From positions 11,723 to 75,722 of the forward strand of contig CAWDOY010000019.1 of NCBI GenBank assembly GCA_963803975.1: 64,000 bases of DNA. Direction: 5' to 3'. Positions 1-10,040 of this stretch are shown here, one piece after another. The position numbers were made by a program, and so were the translations under genes. How positions within the stretch are numbered: the first letter of the stretch is position 1; each line of letters starts with the position of its first letter. Origin of the DNA: an uncultured delta proteobacterium (lineage in GTDB: Bacteria; Desulfobacterota; WTBG01; CAIYCZ01). The notes below the pieces were generated by a model. It was not told the DNA's origin. It did no database searches and saw nothing but the letters and a program-made list of their open reading frames with translations.

Positions 1-554
1 ATGATGTCACAGAACTCGCAATTGAACGGGCAACCCCGTGAGTACTGAATGCCCATGCTGGCATAGTCAGATAAATGTATCAGGTCCCATTGAGGAATCG
101 GCGTGGCATCCAGTGGCGGACGATTATGTTCCTCGTAATATTTTTTCGCAGCCCCGTTTTCGATGTCTGCAACAAAACGGGGTACGGTGAGCTCGCCTTC
201 ACCCAGTATCAGATGATCCGCATCCTGAAAAACCTCCCGGTAAGAGTTGAACAGCGGGCCGCCGCACACGGTTTTAACACCGAGCTTGTGGCAGCGATCA
301 AGCACGGTACGGGTGGAGCCCCATTGTGCCACCATGGCGCTGATAAACACATAATCCGCCCACTGCAGGTCATCATCATGCAAGCTGCGCACATTCATAT
401 CCACCAGGCGTTTCTGCCAGGAAGAGGGAAGCATTGCTGCCACCGTGAGAGCTCCCAGCGGCGGGAAAGCAGATTTTCGCTGTACCACCCGCAGGGCGTG
501 CTTGAAGCTCCAGAATGTTTCAGCAACCTGGGGATATACAATCAGGATATTCAT
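1..554 (-). CDS. B12-binding domain radical SAM protein (DUF4070-associated type), 5' part; runs off the window
   Basis: Not in the ORF track. Manual translation of the minus strand from ATG at 554 (AGGTGA upstream) gives MNILIVYPQVAETFWSFKHAL...PPLGALTVAAML...GGP...GEGE...IQYSRGCPFNCEFCDI, with a CxxxCxxC motif. Confidence 0.9.
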   Translation of the reverse strand, partial: MNILIVYPQVAETFWSFKHALRVVQRKSAFPPLGALTVAAMLPSSWQKRLVDMNVRSLHDDDLQWADYVFISAMVAQWGSTRTVLDRCHKLGVKTVCGGPLFNSYREVFQDADHLILGEGELTVPRFVADIENGAAKKYYEEHNRPPLDATPIPQWDLIHLSDYASMGIQYSRGCPFNCEFCDI

Positions 555-654
555 TCACCTATCTCCACTGAGTTATCTGTTGGTCACCTTGACCGGCATA
601 AAAATAGTAGCATATAGGATGAGCCGGGACAAGGCAAAAGGCATCTATCCGGCA

Positions 655-794
655 GTTGAAAAACACCCGGCTGCTTCGTTGCGCTCATCCTTCGCCATTG
701 CGACGTACGGTACCGTACGCCTCATTCCTCTTGATTTCGCGCGCCTTGCATCTGGATGTTTTTGATCAGCCTGGGAGAAAACTACTTTTTCAAC
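655..794. repeat. MITE/REP-like palindromic miniature element
   Basis: Terminal inverted repeat GTTGAAAAA (655-663) / TTTTTCAAC (786-794), an inner imperfect inverted repeat and a perfect 16-bp palindrome CGTACGGTACCGTACG at 704-719. Confidence 0.65.
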
Positions 795-1075
795 AAACAG
801 TTAGGACATTCCTCAAAATTAATCATAGAAAACAGGAAAATGACCGCAGTGAAAAAGTGAAGAGGCAAAGAGGCAGAGAGGTTTTACCTTTTAACCTCTT
901 AGTTTTTTGGCCTTTACTGGGCACTAATCCCGAAGTCACTGGCCACGGGTCACGAACCACGAGCCACTAATTCCGAGTTCCTACCCCCTGCGCTCTAATA
1001 ATGAAAGCACTATAAATTTTGAGTAACGTCCTGAAAAAGCAGGCTGCGGTATAATGGCCGGCGGGATAATAAAAA

Positions 1076-1157
1076 TGGGAGTTAAGGAAGTAAGCAAATG
1101 AGATGTTGAAGAGGGGGGAACAACGCTCTCAAGTGTTTTCTTACTCCTTAACTCCCA
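1076..1157. repeat. Intergenic inverted repeat with ~18-bp arms
   Basis: TGGGAGTTAAGGAAGTAAG (1076-1094) pairs with CTTACTCCTTAACTCCCA (1140-1157) with one bulge. Confidence 0.7.
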
Positions 1158-1462
1158 ATTATAAAAGCAATGGAGCTGCTGCCTGTTGGCGTATAATCTT
1201 CAGTTACTGTCAAATCTACCGGATATATTGCCCGCAAAGCAGCTTACTTAGTTCTATGGCATCACCTGCACCATTTCTTAATTATATAATAACACATTTT
1301 CAGGTTTTTTAAAGAATAATTATTGCCTATTATGTGGCAGTATCGGCTTTCCCCTGAAACTGATTTTTGCTCTGTTTAACGTGTTTCAAAAATAAATTTG
1401 CAACTTTCTTTTTGCCAGACTATTTAAAGATATGTTATGAACCATGATGATTGAAATAACAC

Positions 1463-1476
1463 TTGATTTGAATCAT
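1463..1476 (+). promoter_or_regulatory. Possible Crp/Fnr-family box upstream of the cytochrome island
   Basis: TTGATTTGAATCAT is a 9/10 match to TTGAT-N4-ATCAA, about 35 bp before the ATG at 1512 in an AT-rich region. Confidence 0.35.
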
Positions 1477-1511
1477 CTCAAGACTATGTAATAAATTTTT
1501 GGAGAACGGGT

Positions 1512-4126
1512 ATGTCCAGAAGAAGAGATTCTTTACTGATGCTGACAATCGGTATGATAGTATTGCTCCTGCCGGTCTTCGGGCAGGCACAGATACACGC
1601 TCTTATCGTTAAAGGGGTGGCTGCAACTGATTTGTCCGGCATCCCCAAAACGTCTTTCAGCCCCGGCGATACCATCCGCTATACGGTGTCATACTCTGCC
1701 AGCGGGTTCTCCTTTTTGCGGGTGCGCGGCACGGTCGCGTTTACCGGCGCCCCCCAGGAGAAATTGCCCCGGCAATATAAGACCGGCAGCGGCGATTATA
1801 CTATTTCCTGGGACAGCGTCATACCTGCGCAGGCTCTGGGAACGGCAACCGTAACGATACGCTTTTTCAGCCTGCCGGGTAGTTTCGGGACAACTTCCGC
1901 CACTTTTACCGTAGCGGAAAACCCGCCGCTGCCGCCGGCCTCATTTGTAGGAACGTCGCTGTGCATAGCCTGTCACAGCAGTTTCAGCAAAGATATTGTC
2001 GATGCTTATAATGAGTCAGGGCACCACTTCGCCTTGAATGCCGTCAGTAACTCTGCACCGGTATATCCCGGCTTTGCTCCTGGTGTGCCACAGCCGCCGG
2101 CAACTTTTCCGTGGACGGACATTCTCTATGTCGCGGGCGGTTACGGCTGGGAAGCGCAATTTGTAAATCAGGACGGATACATTTTAACTAACGGCGCAGA
2201 TGGCTGTAGACAGCCAGTACAACCTGCCGAACGCATTTTTAAAATTGCCGGGGCAGTTTGTGCCGTACGAGTCAGACCAGACCGCAGCCAAAGCATTTAC
2301 CTGCGGAGCCTGCCACTCCACCGGCTATTCTGCTGCAGGAAACCAGGGCGGTAAGGCCGGCATTGCCGGAACATGGCAGGAGCCGGGGGTCGGGTGCGAA
2401 GCATGCCACGGCCCCGGCAGTAACCATGTCGCAAATCCAGGCGCAGTCAAGCCGCCCAATGATCCGGCGGGTGCCTGCGTGACCTGTCATGTGCGCGATA
2501 CTACAGCAGTGGTCGAGGCGTCTGACGGGCTTATTCTCAGCCAGCAGCAATCTGATGAACTTAATGCCGGTGTGAAATTTTATTTCAAGTGCGTTTCCTG
2601 CCACAATCCCCACGCGTCAGCCCGCTATGATCAGAGCGCTCAGGGCACAGCCATTATTCAGGCCTGCACTAACTGCCACAAGGATAAAACAGTGGGTCTC
2701 GGGAATGAGCTTTCTTAAGTGCACGGACTGCCACATGCCGTATGCTGTTAAATCAGGTGCACATATAAGCTATCAGGATCCGAACAACCTTACGCTGCAC
2801 GCGGGTGATGTGCGTTCTCATATCTTTACTATAAACCCGGATGCTGCCAGCCCGTCAGATATGTTCAGCCCTGATGGCACGTCAATCGCGGTCGGCAGCG
2901 ACGGCAAGGCAAAAGGACTGACGCTTGATTTTGTGTGCCTGTCGTGCCACCGGCAGGGCGGGTTTGCCGCCACCGTCTATAGCTTTGAACAGGTGAAAGG
3001 GCTGGCGTCTTTAGTGCATGGCAGCGCGCCGGGCAAGGGCGGCTATATCGGCTCTACGCTCTGCATTGCCTGTCACTCGGGCAGGAATAAAGACATAGTG
3101 GATGCTTATACGGCTTCCGGCCACCACTTCGCGCTGAATAAGGTAAGCGCAGCCGCGCCGGTTTATCCCGCGTTTGCCCCGGGCGTTCCCCAGCCGCCGG
3201 CCGGGCTGCAGTGGCCGGATATTTTGTACGTGACGGGTGGTTATGGATGGAAGGCAAACTTTTTAAACGCCAGCGGTTATATTATCACCAATGGCAGCAA
3301 TAAGATCGACAGTCAGTACAACCTGCCGGACAATTTTCTCGGCACCAGCGGGCAATTTGTCCCCTATGAAACAAAACAGACAGCGCCAAAAACATTTGAC
3401 TGCGGCCCCTGCCATGCCACCGGCTATACAGCGCAGGGCAATCAGAACAGCCTCGCGGGAATCAAAGGAACCTGGAATGAGGACGGGGTAGGGTGCGAGG
3501 CCTGTCACGGGCCCGGCGAGCAGCATCTTAACAATCCTCTGGGGGTCAAGCCGTCGAATGATCCGAAGCAGGCCTGCGGCACCTGTCATATCCGCGACAA
3601 TACTGCGGTGCTTGAAGCAGAAGAAGGTCTCATCCTGAGCCAGCAGCAGTCTGAAGAATTGAAGGCGAGTGCCAAAAGCTTTCTCACCTGTGACTCCTGC
3701 CACGATGCTCATGCTTCAGCACACTATGACCCGAGCGCACCGGGGACCGGTATAACTACAGATTGCATCGTATGTCACCCCGGCAAGACCATAGGTCTCG
3801 GCATGGCATTTCTCAAGTGCACGGACTGCCACATGCCGTATGCTGTCAAGTCGGGAGCAAATATAAGCTATCAGGACCCGGACGGCCTCGCGCTGAAAAT
3901 AGGTGATGTGCGCTCCCACCTGTTTACTATCAATGCGGATGCGGCAAGCCCCGCTGATATGTTCACGGCTGACGGCACGGGGGTGGCTGTCGATGCGAAT
4001 GGCAAAGCTAAAGGGCTGACGCTTGATTTTATCTGCCTGTCCTGCCACCGGCCGGGCGGGTTTGCCAATACCACCTATACCTATGAACAGGTGAAAGGGT
4101 TAGCCGGTTCAGTGCATCAGGATTAG
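1512..4126 (+). CDS. Secreted 16-heme cytochrome c: signal peptide, Ig-like domain and two tandem octaheme repeats (2 apparent frameshifts at ~2205 and ~2703)
   Basis: ORFs 1512-2354, 2200-2718 and 2627-4126 join into one protein. Repeat 1: CIACH, CGACH, CEACH, CVTCH, CVSCH, CTNCH, CTDCH, CLSCH. Repeat 2: CIACH, CGPCH, CEACH, CGTCH, CDSCH, CIVCH, CTDCH, CLSCH. RBS GGAGA. Confidence 0.9.
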
Positions 4127-4340
4127 CTTTTAAAAATTAAAGCATTTACGATAACATAATATATTCTGAACTTTTATTTTCCATGACCTTGCGAAAACCT
4201 TTAAAATAAGCTACTAAAAATATACAAACCTACAGCACCAACCCAGAATCCTGAAATAAGCTTAGGGTATAACGGGTTGTATATTATATATATACAGCAC
4301 GGAGGGGATCAGTTTAAACCTTTTATTGGGGAGTATTTTT

Positions 4341-6660
4341 ATGACGCAAAGAACAACCAAGCACTGTTTTGCAGTAATGACGCTGTTCGTCTTCCTTTCA
4401 GTAATGCTTATAGCAGCAGGAGACGCAGCAGCACAGACCTACAACCTTCTGGTAAGAGTCAAAGGCACTGCGGGAGCCAATAACCAGGTAACATTGACGC
4501 TTGGCGGTGGAAGCCTTACCACACCGATAGTAAAACAGACCGGGCCGTTTGGATTTGCCTTCTTTACCAGAGTTCCTGCCGGTATCTACACCCTGACGCC
4601 GAGCAAGACCAATGAAGCATTTTTGCCGGAGACAGCAGTCGTTGTCATAAGCACAACTTCAAAACGCTGGACCTTCATTACGTTTGAAACCACCACCATC
4701 CAGAAATTATGGGAAGGCTCCGGCCATGCGGATTCAAAAGCCGAGGCGTTTGTCCACTGGGACGAGGAAGATCCTCCTGAAATTCCTACTTCCTGCGCCA
4801 AGTGCCACAGCACGGCCGGTTTTATTGATTTTGCCCAGGACGGCACGGTGGACACCGCGGTGCCTGCCGGCCCGGATAAAACAAATAACATTTCCTGTGA
4901 TGCCTGCCATGCACCTGCAGCACAGGCTTTGACCAGCGTCAAATTTCCCTCCGGCGCGGTGCTCAGCAACCTCGGCAAAGAGGCCATCTGCATGCAGTGC
5001 CACCAGGGACGCTCTTCAACTCCGCAGGTTGACGCTGCCATTGCCAAGGCCGCGCCTGCTGACGATGACACGCCGACCAGCGCCCTGAGTTTCCAGAATA
5101 TCCACTATTATGCCGCAGCAGCCACGCTGTACGGCGGAGAGGTCCAGGGCGGATATCAATATGCCGGCAAGGCCTATGACATTAAATTCCAGCATGTGGA
5201 AGGCTTTGACAAGTGCTTTGCCTGCCATGACCAGCATTCCCTGCGGGTAAAAACAGAATACTGCGTTCAGTGCCACACCGGCGCGACCGAAGTGGACGAT
5301 TTGAAAAACGTGCGCATGAACGGCTCTCTTGAGGATTATGACGGTGACGGCAACATCACTGAGGGCATTGCCTTTGAAATAGAAGGGCTGCAGGTAAAAC
5401 TGCTTGCAGGCTATTCAGGCATACGCGAGTACGGTCGCAGGAACCAAAATTGCCTATAATGCCGCAGCGTACCCCTACTTCTTTAAAGACGCCAATGGTA
5501 ACGGCACTGCAGACGCTGACGAGACCGCCTATGATGCATGGACCGCGCGTCTGCTGAAAGCTGCCTATAACTACCAGACCTCGCTGAAAGACCCCGGCGC
5601 GTTCGCCCACAATGCAAAATACGTCATTGAGCTTCTGTATGATTCCATAGCAGACCTCAATACCAAGCTTTCAACTCCCATAAGCCTTGCCGGCGCCAGC
5701 CGCGTTGATGAAGGCCACTTTGACGGCTCATCTGAAGCCTTCCGGCACTGGGATGAAGAGGAAGAAGGCGTACCATCAGGCTGCGTCAAGTGTCACACCT
5801 CCTACGGACTGCCCAAAGTGCTGAAGGCAGAGACGCTTGAAGCCGGCCCGCCGTCAAACGGTTTTGCCTGCTCCACCTGCCATGACAACAATGTGACATT
5901 CCCGGTCAGGCAAGCAGGAGAGGTAACGTTCCCGTCAGGGCTGAAGGCGAGCCTTGAGGATGCAAGCAACCTGTGCATGAACTGCCACCAGGGACGCGCA
6001 TCCAAGAAAACCATCGATGACAACATAGCAGCAGACAACTTCGGCTTTGTCAATGTTCATTACTATGCTGCCGCGGCCTCATTTTTCGGGACCGATGTCA
6101 AGGGCGGCTATGAGTATGACGGCAAGACCTATGCGGGAAAAAACACCTTCCCGGCCCATGGCGGGAACCTGAATACCTGCGTGCAGTGCCATATGGGCAC
6201 CAAGTCTGTTGCTAAATCACACATGGTAATACCGAATGTGGCAAACTGCCAGTGCCATGCCATCTCCAGCTTCGACGCTCTGAAGATAAGCGGCAGCGAC
6301 TATAACAAGGACGGCCAGCAGCCGGTGAAGCAGGAGATTGAATCAACGCAGGCAGCCCTGTATGCGCAGATTCAAACCTATGCTAAAGACACCCTGGCTA
6401 AGCCAATTGTTTACAGCCCGACCGCCTATCCGTATTTCTTCAATGACACAAACGGTAACGGCAGTTTAGATGCGGATGAGGCTACCAGTGCCAATGGATA
6501 CAAGTCCTTTGATGCCAAACTTCTGAAAGCTGCATATAATTACCAGTTCAGCATCAAGGAGCCCTGCGGCTATATCCACAACGCGGACTATATGGCCCAG
6601 CTTGCGATTGACTCCATCGGTGATCTCGGCGGCGATGTAAGCAAGTTCAGCAGGCCCTGA
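4341..6660 (+). CDS. Secreted ~10-heme cytochrome c: beta-sandwich N-domain and two tandem pentaheme repeats (frameshift at ~5405)
   Basis: ORFs 4326-5459 and 5404-6660. Both repeats carry GH..S.AEAF.HWDEE...C.KCH, C..CHQGR.S, HYYAAAA and AYPYFF.D.NGNG..DADE. 9 CXXCH plus one CQCH. Signal peptide AAA-Q; RBS GGGGAG before ATG 4341. Confidence 0.9.
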
Positions 6661-6699
6661 TCAGGTACTGCTTGCGTAGTAATCAGGTGTGATGTATCA

Positions 6700-6733
6700 G
6701 GGGAGGCGGATACCGTTCGCCTCCCCTTTTTTT
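6700..6733 (+). terminator. Rho-independent terminator
   Basis: GGGGAGGCGGA-TACCG-TTCGCCTCCCC hairpin followed by T7, 40 bp after the stop at 6660. Confidence 0.85.
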
Positions 6734-6738
6734 CGCTG

Positions 6739-6765
6739 TTGACAAAACATGCCAAACCATGTTTT
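6739..6765 (+). promoter_or_regulatory. Putative -35 box overlapped by an operator-like palindrome
   Basis: TTGACA at 6739-6744 and a perfect inverted repeat AAAACATG-N6-CATGTTTT at 6744-6765, upstream of the gene at 6805. Confidence 0.45.
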
Positions 6766-6804
6766 ATGCAAGAGTATAGATAATACCGTATCACAGCACT
6801 CACC

Positions 6805-7911
6805 ATGAAGCACAACCACAGCCCATTACTATTAATAATCCTGCTCTTTGCAGGCATCGCCTGTTTCCCCTCCGGGGCAAGCGCTGCGCCGGTGCACCTG
6901 CTCGATTTTACCGGCATCACGATAACCGATAATCTGGGAGTACCCACAACAGAGTTCGGACCGGGAAATGTCGTCAATATTGAAGCTGCATTTACCCTCA
7001 GCCCGGCCGGGCATTGCATGGCTGCGCGGCACTGTTACTGGCACGAACTGGTCGGCAGAACTTCCGCTGAGATTCCGCTTTGGCCTAAAGGGGGATTACA
7101 AGGCAGCGTGGGCTATAACCATTCCAATAACAGCAACCGGCCTGACGCAGGTTGAGATCACCCTGGTCAATCCCTTGCAGGAGCGTGTTATACGCAGCGC
7201 CTTTTTCACTGTTACCCCTATCCAGGCGGCATATGTGGGTTCTGATGCCTGCAGCCTGTGCCATCCTGATGTCTTTGCTGCCTGGAAACAGACTCTGCAT
7301 AATCCGTTCGCGGGATGTGAAGTGTGCCACGGGCCCGGCAGCGAGCATATCCTGACCCAGTCTCCGCAGTTTATAGTTATTAATAAAACGTCACAGCTTT
7401 GCGGGCAATGCCACGGGCAGAACAACGGTCAGGGTATTGCAGCCGGTAATGGTTTCATTAAACCGCAGCAGCAGTACAATGAATTGCAAGCCACCCGTCA
7501 TGGCATGCGTTCTGGTGTGCGTCACCTGCCACAACCCGCATTACAGCATCAGTGCCGCGCCGGCAAAGGCCATCAAAGTCAACTGCCGGGAATGCCACGC
7601 AAATAAGAACGTTGATCTGTTAATGGAGGAACGTCGCCTGCGTGGAATGCCACATGCCGTATGCGGTACTGAAGACGCAGTCAACCGGCGCGGGGCCCTA
7701 CCGCAAAGGTGACGAGCGGACCCACATCGTGCGGATTAAAACCGAGGCAAATCCCCAGGATATGTTCATGCCGGGCGGCACGGCACTCCGCGAGGATGCG
7801 CTGGGAGCTTTTATTACTGACAATTTTGCCTGTCTGGGCTGCCATAATGGAGTGATTGCCCGCTTTGAGACGTTTGAAGATGTTCGTAAAACCTCTACGC
7901 TGATTCATTAG
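6805..7911 (+). CDS. Secreted heptaheme cytochrome c with Ig-like N-domain (3 apparent frameshifts at ~7010, ~7505, ~7635)
   Basis: Joined ORFs give a signal peptide, an Ig-like domain resembling that of the 1512 gene, then CSLCH, CEVCH, CGQCH, CVTCH, CRECH, CVECH, CLGCH. CHMPYA and GD.R.H motifs are shared with the 1512 repeats. Confidence 0.85.
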
Positions 7912-8139
7912 CGATCTGCCTCTGGCGCGCTTTCAGACAGTGCTTTTGATCTGCCCGGAACCCTGCAGGCGCGCAAACCTGACCATGCTTGCGGCCAGGA
8001 GGATTGAATATTGATTCCTGAAGAAAGGAGAGTGTGAAACGCATTCTCCTTATTTTTATATGGAATTCATTAATAATCTTTGTTATATAGAACTATCAAT
8101 CTACCAGCATGATCGTTCTTCTTTCCTGAATCTAAACGC

Positions 8140-8880
8140 ATGAGAAAATTATTCATTATACTGATTGGCATTACTGCGTGCTGTTCAGCCTTCAACTGTG
8201 CCGTAACGGTCAGCTGCGCTGAAGAGGTCGGCATGGTCCTGGTGCCGGGCGGCAAATGCAGCCTGGGAGCAGAGGACGGTGACCCTGATGAGATGCCAAT
8301 ACATGAAGTGTATGTTGATTCTTTTTATATTGACGTGCATGAGGTAACCATCGGGCAGTACAAAAAATTTATGGAAGCGACCGGCCACCAGAAACCGCTC
8401 TACTGGCAGCCGGAACTCGACCGTAACGAGGACCCGGTTGTTGGCATAAGCTGGCAGGATGCCGCGGCGTATGCTTCATGGGCAGGCACCAGGCTCCCCA
8501 CCGAGGCTGAATGGGGGTATGCTGCCCGCGGGGGGAGTATGCATGGCAAATACCCGTGGGGTGATAAGCCGGATACGAGTTACGCAAATTTTAAATCATT
8601 TGGCATATTACCGGTAAAAAGTTTAAAGCCAAACGGGTACGGCTTGTACGACATGATTGGTAATGTGTGGGAATGGTGCTCGGACTGGTATGACAGTGCC
8701 TATTATTATTCAAGCCCGGGGAAAAACCCCCGGGGACCGGTTGCAGGAACGCATAAGGTTCTGCGCGGCGGGGCCTGGTATTGTGATGATAAAGAGGTAA
8801 GGGTAACAAACAGATTCTTTGCTCTTCCGGATGCAAAGAATTACAACGTCGGTTTCCGCTGCGTGAAATCTGTCAAATGA
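8140..8880 (+). CDS. FGE-sulfatase (SUMF1-like) domain protein with signal peptide
   Basis: Motifs EVT..QY, P.V..SW.DA.AY..W, RLPTEAEW.YAARGG, PNGYGLYDMIGNVWEW, RGGAW, GFRC. Confidence 0.9.
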   Translation: MRKLFIILIGITACCSAFNCAVTVSCAEEVGMVLVPGGKCSLGAEDGDPDEMPIHEVYVDSFYIDVHEVTIGQYKKFMEATGHQKPLYWQPELDRNEDPVVGISWQDAAAYASWAGTRLPTEAEWGYAARGGSMHGKYPWGDKPDTSYANFKSFGILPVKSLKPNGYGLYDMIGNVWEWCSDWYDSAYYYSSPGKNPRGPVAGTHKVLRGGAWYCDDKEVRVTNRFFALPDAKNYNVGFRCVKSVK

Positions 8881-10040
8881 GCCGTAGATCATTATTGCTA
8901 TTCCTGCTGCTATTGTTGTTCTGCATGTCATCACGGGCATACGCTGTTGACGAGGAGAACTGCCTCCTGTGTCATAGATATTCAGGCCTGGGAAGAATTG
9001 ATAAAGAGGGCAAGAAGCACCTCTACTATGTCAATGAATCCCTCTACAACCAATCGGTCCACGCTAAAGTCCGCTGTGGAGAATGCCACACGGATATTAA
9101 AGGGTTTCCCCACGGCACAATAAAAAAAGTTGACTGCGCTGCGGTCTGCCATCTTGTTGACCCGTCAAACAATAAGCCCTTCTCCCATGCCAGCATGATT
9201 GAGAAATATGAGCTGAGCGTTCACGGCAAGGGCCCAAAAGACAAACCCAAGCAACATACTGAAGATTTGCCGACCTGCACCTACTGCCATGACAACCGCA
9301 TCTACCAGCCGGTCAGCAAGCTTGCCAGCAATGAGCGAGGCATGGCACAGGAAATCCTTGACCGCTGCATGGGCTGTCATACCAATACTGAATGGACCAG
9401 TGCGTTTTATTATCATTTCACCGAGCGTCTTCATCAGCGGCGCTCTTCCAAGCGGATGGTAGAGCTCTGCACGTCATGCCATGAAGATGAAACAAAGATG
9501 TCGCGTCATAAGATTGCGATAGTGAGCACCTTCCGTGATACATTCCACTGGCAGGCAATAAAATATGGTGATCCGAATGCGCCTAATTGTATTACCTGTC
9601 ATGCACCGGTAGGGTATTTTTCCCACGAGATAATGCCCAAAAGTGATACCCGCTCAGCCCTGTATAAGGATAACCTGGTGCGCACCTGCAGCAATCAGGG
9701 CGGCGTGCAGATGTGCCATCCCGATGCCACACCAAGCTTCGCCCAGGGCAAGATTCACCCGCTGCAATTCAAGGCAGGTATTTTTGATAACCAGCAGGAT
9801 GCTTTGAGCAGAAAACAGGAAATCGAGAAAGGAACCTTCAAACCATTCCAGACGCTGCTCTCAGAAATGGTGCGGGGCGATAGCGGAGACCAGGGGAAAC
9901 TGCAGGGGATGATCCTGGTGCTGATAAAATATTTCTACATGCTTTTGATCGGGGGGCTTATCAGCAGCATGATGGTACATCAGATACTTGATTTTATCGC
10001 AACCCGCAGAGAACTGCGCAGGAAGGATAGACCGATATGA
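8877..10040 (+). CDS. Membrane-anchored octaheme cytochrome c (module 1)
   Basis: Signal peptide, 6 CXXCH plus CAAVCH (CX3CH) and CSNQGGVQMCH (CX8CH), C-terminal transmembrane helix. Confidence 0.88.
   Translation: MSRRSLLLFLLLLLFCMSSRAYAVDEENCLLCHRYSGLGRIDKEGKKHLYYVNESLYNQSVHAKVRCGECHTDIKGFPHGTIKKVDCAAVCHLVDPSNNKPFSHASMIEKYELSVHGKGPKDKPKQHTEDLPTCTYCHDNRIYQPVSKLASNERGMAQEILDRCMGCHTNTEWTSAFYYHFTERLHQRRSSKRMVELCTSCHEDETKMSRHKIAIVSTFRDTFHWQAIKYGDPNAPNCITCHAPVGYFSHEIMPKSDTRSALYKDNLVRTCSNQGGVQMCHPDATPSFAQGKIHPLQFKAGIFDNQQDALSRKQEIEKGTFKPFQTLLSEMVRGDSGDQGKLQGMILVLIKYFYMLLIGGLISSMMVHQILDFIATRRELRRKDRPI

Noticed and set aside
1..554. Radical SAM enzyme as maturase partner of the PqqD proteins
   Set aside because: It is 26 kb away and is a B12-binding type, not a SPASM type; nothing links the two.
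75..617. 180-aa plus-strand ORF
   Set aside because: It is the antisense shadow of the minus-strand radical SAM gene, which has clear motifs.
1512..7911. Naming the secreted cytochromes OmcS, OmcZ, OmcB or MtrC
   Set aside because: Heme counts and motif spacing do not match those proteins well enough from memory; a profile or structure search is needed.
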